A stretch of DNA of 32,000 nucleotides from Corynebacterium glutamicum ATCC 13032 (lineage in GTDB: Bacteria > Actinomycetota > Actinomycetes > Mycobacteriales > Mycobacteriaceae). The stretch is taken from the NCBI RefSeq assembly GCF_000011325.1, contig NC_003450.3:2910001-2942000 (forward strand). The letters are read 5' to 3'. The position numbers and the translations under genes were made by a program. This document shows, piece after piece, positions 8,817-16,708 of this stretch; the stretch's first letter is position 1; each line of letters begins with the position of its first letter. The notes under the pieces were generated by a model. That model was not told the origin of the DNA, searched no databases, and worked only from the letters and a program-made list of their open reading frames with translations.

Positions 8817-9482
8817 CTACAGCGCTACGTCTTGGACCAGCACCAAAACGAGGGCATCTTTGCCTTCTGTTTCGGTTGGCAGTGCATCGCTGCGTTCCAT
8901 TGCTACGCCACTGACGCGGTCAGCGAGTTCACGTGCAGCCTTTTCAGCTTCGGTGTTTCCAGCGGTGAAGTACACAGTGTTCTGCGGAATGATGGTGTCT
9001 GGAAGGTTTCCGGACTCTACCTTTTGGTAGTCACCGCTTAGGCTGTCTGCCACTCGTGCTGCAAGTTGTGGGACGGTGGAGTTGTTGAGCACGTACAGAG
9101 TGTTCACTGGGGTGGAGTTGCCGTTAGCCGAACTAGCGCCACCAGCAGCAGCGGCCCCAGCAGCATTAGCGGCTTCGCCATCTGCAGCTGGCTGCTCAGC
9201 AGAGGTTTCTTCGGAGGTTCCAGGTTCTGCTGATGCCTGCTCGGAATCCGAAGAGCCAGAAGATTCAGCAATAGTTCCCGCGTTGGTTTCCGTGGACTGG
9301 GTTTGTCCGGCGCTGGTGGTGGAGGTGTCGTCTTTGCCCTGCATTGACCACAGTGCCCACGCTGCGAGCAATACGGCCACGGCGATCAAAATCATGGCCA
9401 AACCGCGCATGGGCAGTCCGCCTTGTTTTTCTTCTGAAGGCGTGGCCGAGTGCTGTGGAGAATTCTGCATGTCCGAAGTCAT
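8817..9482 (-). CDS. Membrane-anchored LytR_C-domain protein (low-complexity Ser/Ala/Glu linker)
   Basis: 221 aa with one TM helix (LAMILIAVAVLLAAWALW) and a low-complexity linker. The C-terminal ~90 aa (LYVLNNSTVPQLAARVADSL...TVYFTAG...) resemble the LytR_C domain. Its position next to a DUF3263 gene and def matches conserved actinobacterial synteny. Confidence 0.62.
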   Translation of the reverse strand: MTSDMQNSPQHSATPSEEKQGGLPMRGLAMILIAVAVLLAAWALWSMQGKDDTSTTSAGQTQSTETNAGTIAESSGSSDSEQASAEPGTSEETSAEQPAADGEAANAAGAAAAGGASSANGNSTPVNTLYVLNNSTVPQLAARVADSLSGDYQKVESGNLPDTIIPQNTVYFTAGNTEAEKAARELADRVSGVAMERSDALPTETEGKDALVLVLVQDVAL

Positions 9483-9487
9483 GTGGC

Positions 9488-9700
9488 TTAGTCTATCTTT
9501 CCGGCGCGACGTCGTAACCTGGACACCAAAGTTGGATTCACTTTCATGGCTTCGGGGGTATCGATGATCACGTTGAGGCGTTGGTAATAACGCACCGGTG
9601 AGATACCAAAAGTGGCGCGAATGGCTTCCTCTTTAGCCCCGATTGCGTGGGGTGCGTGAGCCTCAAACTCGAGGAGGGTTAAATCATCTGCGGAAAGCAT
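9488..9700 (-). CDS. DUF3263-family small protein
   Basis: ORF 9488..9760. The conserved part begins MLSADDLTLLEFEAH...RYYQRLNVIIDTPEA. I chose ATG 9700 because the longer form (starts at 9760 or 9742) would overlap the divergent def start. The start is uncertain. Confidence 0.55.
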   Translation of the reverse strand: MLSADDLTLLEFEAHAPHAIGAKEEAIRATFGISPVRYYQRLNVIIDTPEAMKVNPTLVSRLRRRAGKID

Positions 9701-9703
9701 GCT

Positions 9704-9709
9704 TAGAAT
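9704..9709 (+). promoter_or_regulatory. Candidate -10 hexamer (TAGAAT) positioned for a leaderless def transcript
   Basis: TAGAAT ends 6 nt before the A of the def ATG (9716). There is no Shine-Dalgarno sequence in between. The TAnnnT -10 and frequent leaderless mRNAs are known traits of C. glutamicum. Confidence 0.4.
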
Positions 9710-9715
9710 GTTGCC

Positions 9716-10297
9716 ATGACTGTCCGACCAATCGTTATTCATGGAGATCCTGTTCTCCACAACCCTACCCAGCTTGTTACTGAGGATGTCTCTGAACTGC
9801 AGGAACTAATTGCAGATATGTACGAGACGATGGATGTCGCCAATGGTGTGGGTCTTGCGGCCAACCAGATTGGTGTGTCCAAGCGCATTTTTGTTTATGA
9901 CTGTCCTGATGATGAGGGCGTGATGCACAAGGGTTGTTTCATCAATCCTGTGTTGGAAACCTCTGAAATCCCAGAGACCATGCCTGCCGATGATGGCTCC
10001 GACGAGGAAGGCTGCCTGTCTGTTCCTGGCGAGGGCTTCCCCACTGGCCGTGCTCATTGGGCGAAGGTTACTGGACTGAATGAAAAGGGCGAGGAAGTTT
10101 CTGTTGAGGCTGAGGGTTTCTTGGCTCGTTGCTTCCAGCATGAGGTTGGCCACCTTGATGGTTTCTTGTACACCGATGTGTTGATTGGTCGGTGGAAGCG
10201 CATGGCTAAGAAGGCTATTAAGGCCAATGGGTGGACTGAGCCTGGTTTGACCTGGATGCCGGGTGAAGATGAGGATCCTTTCGGGCATGACGCCTAG
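9716..10297 (+). CDS. def: Peptide deformylase
   Basis: 193 aa with all three PDF motifs: [18 protein letters not shown] and QHEVGHLDG. Confidence 0.95.
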
Positions 10298-11294
10298 TCT
10301 TCCCCGTTTCCGCAGCCAGAAACCTGCCGTCGGCGATCGTGTTGTTGCACGTCGCCGGATTCCTGGTGCCAATGTGCATTGGACAGATGTCATTGGCCAT
10401 GTGATTGGGGTGGATCCGTTGGTGGTTCGCCCGCAGTCGGTTGGTGGGATGCCGTCTGATGCGGAAGAAATTGTCATTCCTGATGATCAGCTTGAGGTGA
10501 TTAAGATTTTGTCGCCGCGCACCATTAGGAATTCGGATATTCGTGCGGTGGAGGTTGCCACGGCGAAGGCCTTTCCGGGGCTGGTCAATGAGTGGCATGA
10601 TGGTTGGCTGCTGCGTGCCGGTGATGGCATTGCGGAGCGTTCTAATTCTGCGTCGCCACTCGGCCCAAGTGTCGGTTTTGAGCCGGTACCGATGGAGGAT
10701 ATTTCGCGGTTTTATGCACGTCACGATCTCCCCGTGAAGCTGCACATTCCGGAGCGGATTGGTCGGCCTGCGCAGAAAGTCATTGACGCCGATCCCCAGA
10801 AATGGGTGATGGGCCCGGAGATTTTGGTGATGACGAAATCTTTGGACCATGTGGAGTCGCACGAATTGCCCGGTGGCCTAGAATTTAGCGTCGATAAGCA
10901 GCCTGACCAGGAGTGGCTGGGCATGTACCATTTCCGCGGACAGGCGTTGCCCGCTCACGCCCTTGAGCTTTTGCGCACGCAAATCGAGGGCCGCATGGGG
11001 TTCGGGCGCCTGACCACGCCGGCGGGGCAAACCGTCGCGATCACGCGCGCCACCATCACGGCTGCGGAGGAGCGCATATTTTTGGGCTATTCAGCGGTCG
11101 AGGTGGATCCTGCTTTTCGACGTCAGGGGCTGGGCACCGCGCTCGGCTCGCGCATCCAGGAGTGGGGCGCCGAGCAACACGCACAGGAGGCATATCTCCA
11201 GGTTGTCGCCCATAATGAAGCAGGTATCGGCCTGTATCAAAAGCTCGGGTTCAGTGAACACCACCGACACCGGTACGCCGAACGGAAATTCTAA
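10287..11294 (+). CDS. GNAT-family acetyltransferase; likely the corynebacterial-type N-acetylglutamate synthase
   Basis: ORF 10263..11294. ATG 10287 gives 335 aa and overlaps the def stop by 11 nt. The C-terminal GNAT core is [23 protein letters not shown]...[11 protein letters not shown]. From memory, the def-GNAT-xthA-cls order matches the C. glutamicum locus where this GNAT was shown to have N-acetylglutamate synthase activity. That functional assignment is not verifiable here. Confidence 0.7.
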
Positions 11295-11320
11295 AATCCA
11301 AAACAGCTAGGGTATAAGTC

Positions 11321-12112
11321 ATGCGCATCGTTAATTGGAACGTCAACTCTGCTCGCACTCGTGTGGACCGGATGGTCGATTTTTTGCTTCGCCATGATGT
11401 TGATGTATTAGCGGTGCAGGAAACCAAGTGTAAAGATGAGCAATTTCCCACCGAGCGTTTCACCGAAATCGGCTATGAGGTAGCCCATTTCGGCCTTAAC
11501 CAGTGGAATGGTGTCGCCATTATTTCCCGCGTTGGCATTGAAAATGTGGAAACCCACTTCCCTGCCCAACCGGGATTCAACAAAGACATCACCAAGGAAC
11601 AATCCATCGAAGCCCGCGCCATCGGCGCCCGCTGCGGTGGTGTCCAGGTGTGGAGCCTCTATGTTCCCAACGGCCGCGAAATCGCAGATCCTCACTACGA
11701 CTACAAACTGCGCTGGCTATTCTCCCTGCGCAACTACGTGATCGACACCTTGGAATACCGCCCCGAGGAAAAACTGGTGTTGCTCGGCGACTTCAACATC
11801 GCGCCCACAGACATCGACGTCTGGGACATCGCAGCCTTCGAAGGAAAAACCCACGTCACCGAACCAGAACGTGCAGCTTTCGACGGCCTCATCGAAGCCG
11901 GACTCAAAGAAACCACCCCCGGACCTGGTACCTACACCTACTGGGATTACAAAGGCGCACGCTTCCTCAAAGGCGAAGGCATGCGCATCGATTTCCAGCT
12001 CGCATCCCCGGCCCTTGCTGCAACCGCGGGTGAAACCTTTGTGGACGTTGAAGAACGCAGCGGAACCGGCGCCTCTGACCACGCACCAGTCATCGTTGAT
12101 TACAAGGTGTAA
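11321..12112 (+). CDS. xthA: Exodeoxyribonuclease III (AP endonuclease)
   Basis: 263 aa. MRIVNWNVNS..., LAVQETK, LLGDFNIAP and SDHAPV are typical ExoIII/EEP-family motifs. Confidence 0.9.
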   Translation: MRIVNWNVNSARTRVDRMVDFLLRHDVDVLAVQETKCKDEQFPTERFTEIGYEVAHFGLNQWNGVAIISRVGIENVETHFPAQPGFNKDITKEQSIEARAIGARCGGVQVWSLYVPNGREIADPHYDYKLRWLFSLRNYVIDTLEYRPEEKLVLLGDFNIAPTDIDVWDIAAFEGKTHVTEPERAAFDGLIEAGLKETTPGPGTYTYWDYKGARFLKGEGMRIDFQLASPALAATAGETFVDVEERSGTGASDHAPVIVDYKV

Positions 12113-12118
12113 CTGCGT

Positions 12119-13621
12119 ATGATCTTTCAGATCAACCTCGAATCTTGGCAAACCGTTGGTTTGATCATCGACTACACCATCAAAATCATCGCCATTGGCT
12201 ACGTACCCGAAGGACGCCGACCCAGCTCCTCCACCGCGTGGCTCCTGGCAATTTTGCTGCTCCCCTACGTCGGACTCCCACTGTTCCTGCTTATGGGATC
12301 GCCATACATCAACCGGCGACGCCACCGCATCCAACAAGAAATCAACGACCTCATCGAAGACGTCCACGACGACGTCCCCGACATCCCCACCGGAATGGAT
12401 GTCTCCGCGGAAGTTGAATCTGTCATCAAACTCAACCGCCGCCTCACCCGCATGCCAGCAGTGACCGGCGGAAACAACGGCTTCTACTCCGACTACCGTG
12501 AATCCCTCAAACGGATGACCGCCGCAATCGACGAAGCCGAAGAATACATCTACGTCGAGATCTACATCATGGCCTGGGATTCCTACACCCAACCATTCTT
12601 CGCAGCACTCGAACGAGCCCACAACCGCGGCGTCAAAGTCCGACTCCTTTTCGACCACGTCGGCAGCTGGAAATACCCCGGCTACCACCGCCTCAAAAAA
12701 GAACTCAACCGCATGGGCTTCGCCTGGTACCTCATGCTCCCCCTCCAACCCTGGCGACGCCGCTTCCGCCGACCCGACCTGCGCAACCACCGCAAAATGC
12801 TCATCATCGACGGCCACACCGCATTCATGGGCTCCCAAAATCTCATCGCCCCGAGTTACCTACAAAAGAAAAACATCAAACTCGGCCGCGAATGGAAAGA
12901 CCTCATGGTCGAACTCACCGGCCCCATCGTCTCCTCCATGGAAATGATCTTCGCCGGCGACTGGTACGTCGAATCCAACGAAGCCCTCGACATCCGCGAC
13001 CACGCAGAAGCCCACGGCTACATCGGCAACACTCAAAAAGACTCCGCCACCAACCTCGTGCAGCTCATCCCCTCCGGCCCTGGTTACACCACAGAACCCA
13101 ACCTGCGCATGTTCAACTCCATCGTTCACCACGCCAAAGAACGACTCATCTTGTGCAGCCCCTACTTCATCCCCGACGAATCCCTCCTCGAAGCCGTCAC
13201 CTCAGCCTGCTACCGCGGAGTAACCGTCGAACTATTCGTCTCTGAACAAGCCGACCAATTCGCCATCGACCACGCCCAATCCTCCTACTACCAGGCACTC
13301 CTTGAAGCCGGCGTGAAAATCTACCAATTCCCCAAACCCGACGTCCTCCACACCAAGTACATGATCGCCGACCCCGACGACACCACCGGCAACGAAGCCC
13401 TCGGAGTCCTCGGATCCTCCAACCTCGACATCCGCAGCTTTGGCCTCAACTACGAAATCTCCCTGATGATCGCCAAAGGCAACCTCATCCACGAACTCAA
13501 CGCCCTCACCGACCGTTACCGCACAGTAAGTTTCAAGCTCACCTTGGATAAGTGGAACCAGCGCAGTTGGCGGCGCCGCTACGTGGACAATGTCATGCGT
13601 TTGACCTCGGCGCTGCAGTAG
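12119..13621 (+). CDS. cls: Cardiolipin synthase (two PLD/HKD domains)
   Basis: 500 aa with two N-terminal TM helices and two HKD motifs (HRKMLIIDGHTAFMGSQN and HTKYMIAD...GSSN). It starts 6 nt after the xthA stop. Confidence 0.9.
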   Translation: MIFQINLESWQTVGLIIDYTIKIIAIGYVPEGRRPSSSTAWLLAILLLPYVGLPLFLLMGSPYINRRRHRIQQEINDLIEDVHDDVPDIPTGMDVSAEVESVIKLNRRLTRMPAVTGGNNGFYSDYRESLKRMTAAIDEAEEYIYVEIYIMAWDSYTQPFFAALERAHNRGVKVRLLFDHVGSWKYPGYHRLKKELNRMGFAWYLMLPLQPWRRRFRRPDLRNHRKMLIIDGHTAFMGSQNLIAPSYLQKKNIKLGREWKDLMVELTGPIVSSMEMIFAGDWYVESNEALDIRDHAEAHGYIGNTQKDSATNLVQLIPSGPGYTTEPNLRMFNSIVHHAKERLILCSPYFIPDESLLEAVTSACYRGVTVELFVSEQADQFAIDHAQSSYYQALLEAGVKIYQFPKPDVLHTKYMIADPDDTTGNEALGVLGSSNLDIRSFGLNYEISLMIAKGNLIHELNALTDRYRTVSFKLTLDKWNQRSWRRRYVDNVMRLTSALQ

Positions 13622-13706
13622 TTTGGCGCGTTTGGAGTGCGTTTGAGGTGGCTTTTAGAGGGACCGACTTACCCATCGCCATTATGCAAATATCCGTTCG
13701 AAACTT

Positions 13707-13805
13707 TGGTCGGGCCACGCGTTTGTGGTGGATTTTTGCACCTTGCAGCCAGTTTGATGCGAAAATTCGTTCGGTTTAATGGTCGGGCCACGCGTTTGTG
13801 GTGGA
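13707..13805. repeat. Perfect 26-bp direct repeat (TGGTCGGGCCACGCGTTTGTGGTGGA), two copies 73 bp apart, with weaker similarity extending ~15 bp on each side
   Basis: Copies lie at 13707-13732 and 13780-13805. Copy 1 continues TTTGTGGTGGATTTTTGCA (13722-13740). That matches 18 of 19 nt of the 3' arm plus U-tract of the ackA terminator read on the minus strand (25269 to 25251). Confidence 0.75.
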
Positions 13806-13872
13806 AATTTGATCAGGGAACTGACAGGATCCCCAATGGTCCCATCATCCCCAAAAGTCACACCCCTAGATT

Positions 13873-13943
13873 GCCGTTTAAGGGCCTCGAATCACCATTT
13901 CCACCCATGCGTCCATCCGGCACCTCAAAGCCCTTAAAACGCC
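13873..13943. repeat. Palindromic element with GCCGTTTAAGGGCC and GCCCTTAAAACGCC arms (~44-bp spacer), just downstream of the MFS gene stop
   Basis: The core 9-bp arms TTTAAGGGC (13877-13885) and GCCCTTAAA (13930-13938) are perfectly complementary, and the flanks are partly so. Related copies lie at 24863-24877/24919-24927 and 25240-25253. Confidence 0.6.
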
Positions 13944-13951
13944 ACCTAGAG

Positions 13952-15151
13952 CTACTTCATTTCTGGAATACCTTTTCGACCTGCCAGGTACGCACACCCA
14001 CACGCCAGCAGTGCACAAGCAGTCATTGCGATTCCCATAGTCAAAGCCTTATCAGAGCCTAATCCGACCAGTGAACTCACCAAAGCACCCATCGTGAATT
14101 GCACGAAACCCAAAATTGCAGAACCCGATCCCGCCCTGCTTCGCACCACTTCAGTTCCCAGAGCTGTCGCGTTAGCCATAACCATCGGAATATGGGAAAC
14201 GATAAGAAACAGCAGCAACAGGAACAGCGGTATCCAATTAATAAACAGCACTTCAATCAGCAAAAGCGCACACAGCACAGTAAAACTGGCCAGCACAGTT
14301 TGCATGATGCGGTGTGGATGAATCCGCTGCAGAAGTCGCCTATTGACCATTCCGCCCACAATCAAACCAAAAGCATTCACTCCGAAAATAATGGAATACA
14401 GCAGTACCGGAATGCCCATTTGATTCTGCAGCACGAACGGCGACGCCGAAATGTAGGAGAACATCGCCCCAAAAGACAGCCCCAATGTGAATACATATGC
14501 CAAAAATTGAGGATTCTTCAGCACAAAGACATAGTTGGACAGCATTCCGCCAAGTCCTGCTGCGGTACGCTCTTCAACTGGCTTCGACTCCTTAATCTGC
14601 AGCAAAGCAACAAGCAGCTGCGCAAAATTCACCAGTGCAAGTGCCCAGAAAATTCCCCGCCAGCCAAAAGGCCCGACCAGCACACCACCAATGAGCGGAG
14701 CTACCACGGGAGCAATTCCCTGAATAATCATCAGCAGTGCAAAGGCGTGCGCAGCCTTTTGTCCGCGTTCAAGGTCTGGCACGATCGCGCGCGCAATCAC
14801 CACGCACGCACCGCCGCCAAGCCCCTGCACCAGGCGTGCGATCACTAATACGCTTATCGACGGCGCCAGCGCGCACACCACACTAGCGACCAGCGCAGCC
14901 ACCGCACCTGCAACGAGCAGGCCTTTCCTTCCCAATTGATCCGACAAAGGACCAATGATCAATTGGCCAATCGCCATTCCAGCCATAAAGGAAGAAAGAG
15001 TTAACTGCACCATCGGTGCAGTTGTCCCCAAATCTTCCGCAATACCAGGCATTGCCGGCAAATACATATCAGTCGCTAGCGCGGAGCTGGCTGACAATAA
15101 TGCCAATCCCATAATCAGGGCGGTGCTCAGCTGTTGTTTTTTCTGCATCAC
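13952..15151 (-). CDS. MFS drug-efflux transporter, Bcr/CflA-like (12 TM)
   Basis: 399 aa. MFS motif A is GPLSDQLGRKGLL, and overall similarity is to the Bcr/CflA subfamily (LPAMPGIAEDLGT...). The start could be the second Met. Confidence 0.85.
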   Translation of the reverse strand: MMQKKQQLSTALIMGLALLSASSALATDMYLPAMPGIAEDLGTTAPMVQLTLSSFMAGMAIGQLIIGPLSDQLGRKGLLVAGAVAALVASVVCALAPSISVLVIARLVQGLGGGACVVIARAIVPDLERGQKAAHAFALLMIIQGIAPVVAPLIGGVLVGPFGWRGIFWALALVNFAQLLVALLQIKESKPVEERTAAGLGGMLSNYVFVLKNPQFLAYVFTLGLSFGAMFSYISASPFVLQNQMGIPVLLYSIIFGVNAFGLIVGGMVNRRLLQRIHPHRIMQTVLASFTVLCALLLIEVLFINWIPLFLLLLFLIVSHIPMVMANATALGTEVVRSRAGSGSAILGFVQFTMGALVSSLVGLGSDKALTMGIAMTACALLACGCAYLAGRKGIPEMK

Positions 15152-15353
15152 TGTCTCGTGTATCTATATCGAAGATTTGGGGGTATTTTTAATTAGAAAT
15201 TTTCATTCAGGTACCATCAGCACCGGAAGATAGCACCAATACTTAAAACTTTTAAGAGTAACGGATTTAAATCGGGCACGTGAACAAATCGGGAATTTTG
15301 TTATTGGTTTGTTCACTCCCATGCAATGTACGATCGGTTCTAACGTCTACGGC

Positions 15354-15369
15354 AATTGACACGTCAATT
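15354..15369. promoter_or_regulatory. 16-bp near-perfect palindrome AATTGAC-AC-GTCAATT upstream of the Na/Pi-family gene (candidate operator)
   Basis: Two 7-bp arms separated by 2 nt, ending 29 nt before ATG 15398. No regulator gene is adjacent. Function is inferred only. Confidence 0.3.
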
Positions 15370-15397
15370 TAATTCAGGAAAGGGGTGGGGAGAATTT

Positions 15398-16708
15398 ATG
15401 TCTAGTGGTTTTGAATATGTTCAACATCCTCGACGAGCCCTCCCTCCGCCTATACCTGAACGGAAAGGTCCTGCCGCAGCATTCCTGCCGGGAACTTTCC
15501 ATCCCATTAATCCAAAGAATATTGCAGCGAGCCACGATCAGGTGCTTCTATCTGGTTGGGGCAAATTTGTGCGTTGGCTCTTGGTATTGTTGTCCATTTT
15601 GGTCATCATCATTGGCATCAACCTCATCTTGGACGGTGTCTACGGATTTGGTACTTTTTCAACCACCCAGATGTACCAAGTTGCGAAAGATCCACTCATT
15701 GGTGTGCTGATCGGTATCTTGGCTACGGCCTTGGTGCAATCATCAACCACCACCACAACGTTGACGGTGACTGCAGTTGGTACGGGCATTGTGTCGGTGC
15801 CTGTGGCGATTCCGATCATTCTTGGCGCAAATATCGGTACGACGATCACCGCGATGCTCGTTGCGTTTTCTTATGTGGGTGAACGCAGGGAGTTTAAGCG
15901 AGCTTTTACGGTTGCCGCCATGCATGTGTGGTTTAACGTGCTCGTCATTCTTGTTCTATTTGTTGTGGAATTGCTCTTTCATCCATTCCGCACAATTAGT
16001 GGTGCGATCGCAACGGAGATCACACTGACAACTGGTGGCTCTTTGCCTACCAGTGGTGTGATGACCAAGATTTTTGATCCCCCAACCCAACTTCTGGGTA
16101 TGAATGGTCTTATCGGTTCGATCGGCAATCCTAGTATTTCGGCGATTGTATGTCTTGTGGTGGGCACCATTCTTATTCTGATTTCGGTGCGTGCCATGAG
16201 TTCTCAGATCCGAACCATTACGGCAGCGACCGTAACCTCAATTATGGACAAGGTGATCAATCCAGAGAACAGCCCCAAGGCGACGATTCTTTCCAATTTC
16301 TGGAGCTTCATTCTTGGAGTTTTGTTCACGCTCATGGTCACTGCCTCGTCAGTGACCGTGGCTTCCATGCAGCCAGTGGCTGCCTCTGGTGTCGTTAAGC
16401 AAAAGCCATTGCTGGGCGTCATTTTGGGTGCCAACGTGGGCACCACGGTGACCGCAATGTTTGCTACTTTCGCGATTGTCAGCGATCAGGGTGAGTTCGC
16501 TATTCAGGCTGCGTTGATCCACCTCATTGTGAACTTCACCGGCGCATTACTAGTGCTGTGTATTCCGCAGCTTGCCAATGTGATTATTCACTTGGCCGAG
16601 AAAACTGCGAACCTCACTGCCCGCAGTTACTCCATCACCCTGGCCACAATTGTAACGGCCTATGTCTTGGTTCCTTCAGCTGTGTTGATGATTTACTTCT
16701 TCATTTAA
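15398..16708 (+). CDS. Na/Pi-cotransporter-family (NptA/YjbB-like) membrane protein
   Basis: ORF 15356..16708. ATG 15398 is preferred because GGGGAGAA lies 6-7 nt upstream. An internal duplication carries the family signature twice (ILGANIGTTITAML and ILGANVGTTVTAMF). Confidence 0.8.
   Translation: MSSGFEYVQHPRRALPPPIPERKGPAAAFLPGTFHPINPKNIAASHDQVLLSGWGKFVRWLLVLLSILVIIIGINLILDGVYGFGTFSTTQMYQVAKDPLIGVLIGILATALVQSSTTTTTLTVTAVGTGIVSVPVAIPIILGANIGTTITAMLVAFSYVGERREFKRAFTVAAMHVWFNVLVILVLFVVELLFHPFRTISGAIATEITLTTGGSLPTSGVMTKIFDPPTQLLGMNGLIGSIGNPSISAIVCLVVGTILILISVRAMSSQIRTITAATVTSIMDKVINPENSPKATILSNFWSFILGVLFTLMVTASSVTVASMQPVAASGVVKQKPLLGVILGANVGTTVTAMFATFAIVSDQGEFAIQAALIHLIVNFTGALLVLCIPQLANVIIHLAEKTANLTARSYSITLATIVTAYVLVPSAVLMIYFFI

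Noticed and set aside
10218-10862. 214-aa minus-strand ORF across the def/GNAT junction, plus similar large out-of-frame or antisense ORFs at 827..1492, 14099..14848 and 17649..18284
   Set aside because: The proteins are His/Arg/Asn/Pro-rich with no domains. Each is fully contained in a strongly supported gene on the other strand or in another frame.
11717-12838. 373-aa ORF antisense to xthA/cls, with further antisense ORFs at 12860..13132 and 13232..13492
   Set aside because: These are shadow ORFs. Their V/G/D/E/F-rich low-information composition is what one expects on the strand opposite a strongly C3-biased gene. They have no SD sequence or recognisable motifs. The sense strand encodes textbook ExoIII and cardiolipin synthase.
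13707-13805. Possible mini-CRISPR: a 26-bp perfect direct repeat with a 47-bp spacer
   Set aside because: There are only two copies. Similarity continues into the supposed spacer and flanks. No cas genes lie in the window. The repeat shares sequence with a terminator arm elsewhere. It is better explained as a duplicated REP/terminator-like element.
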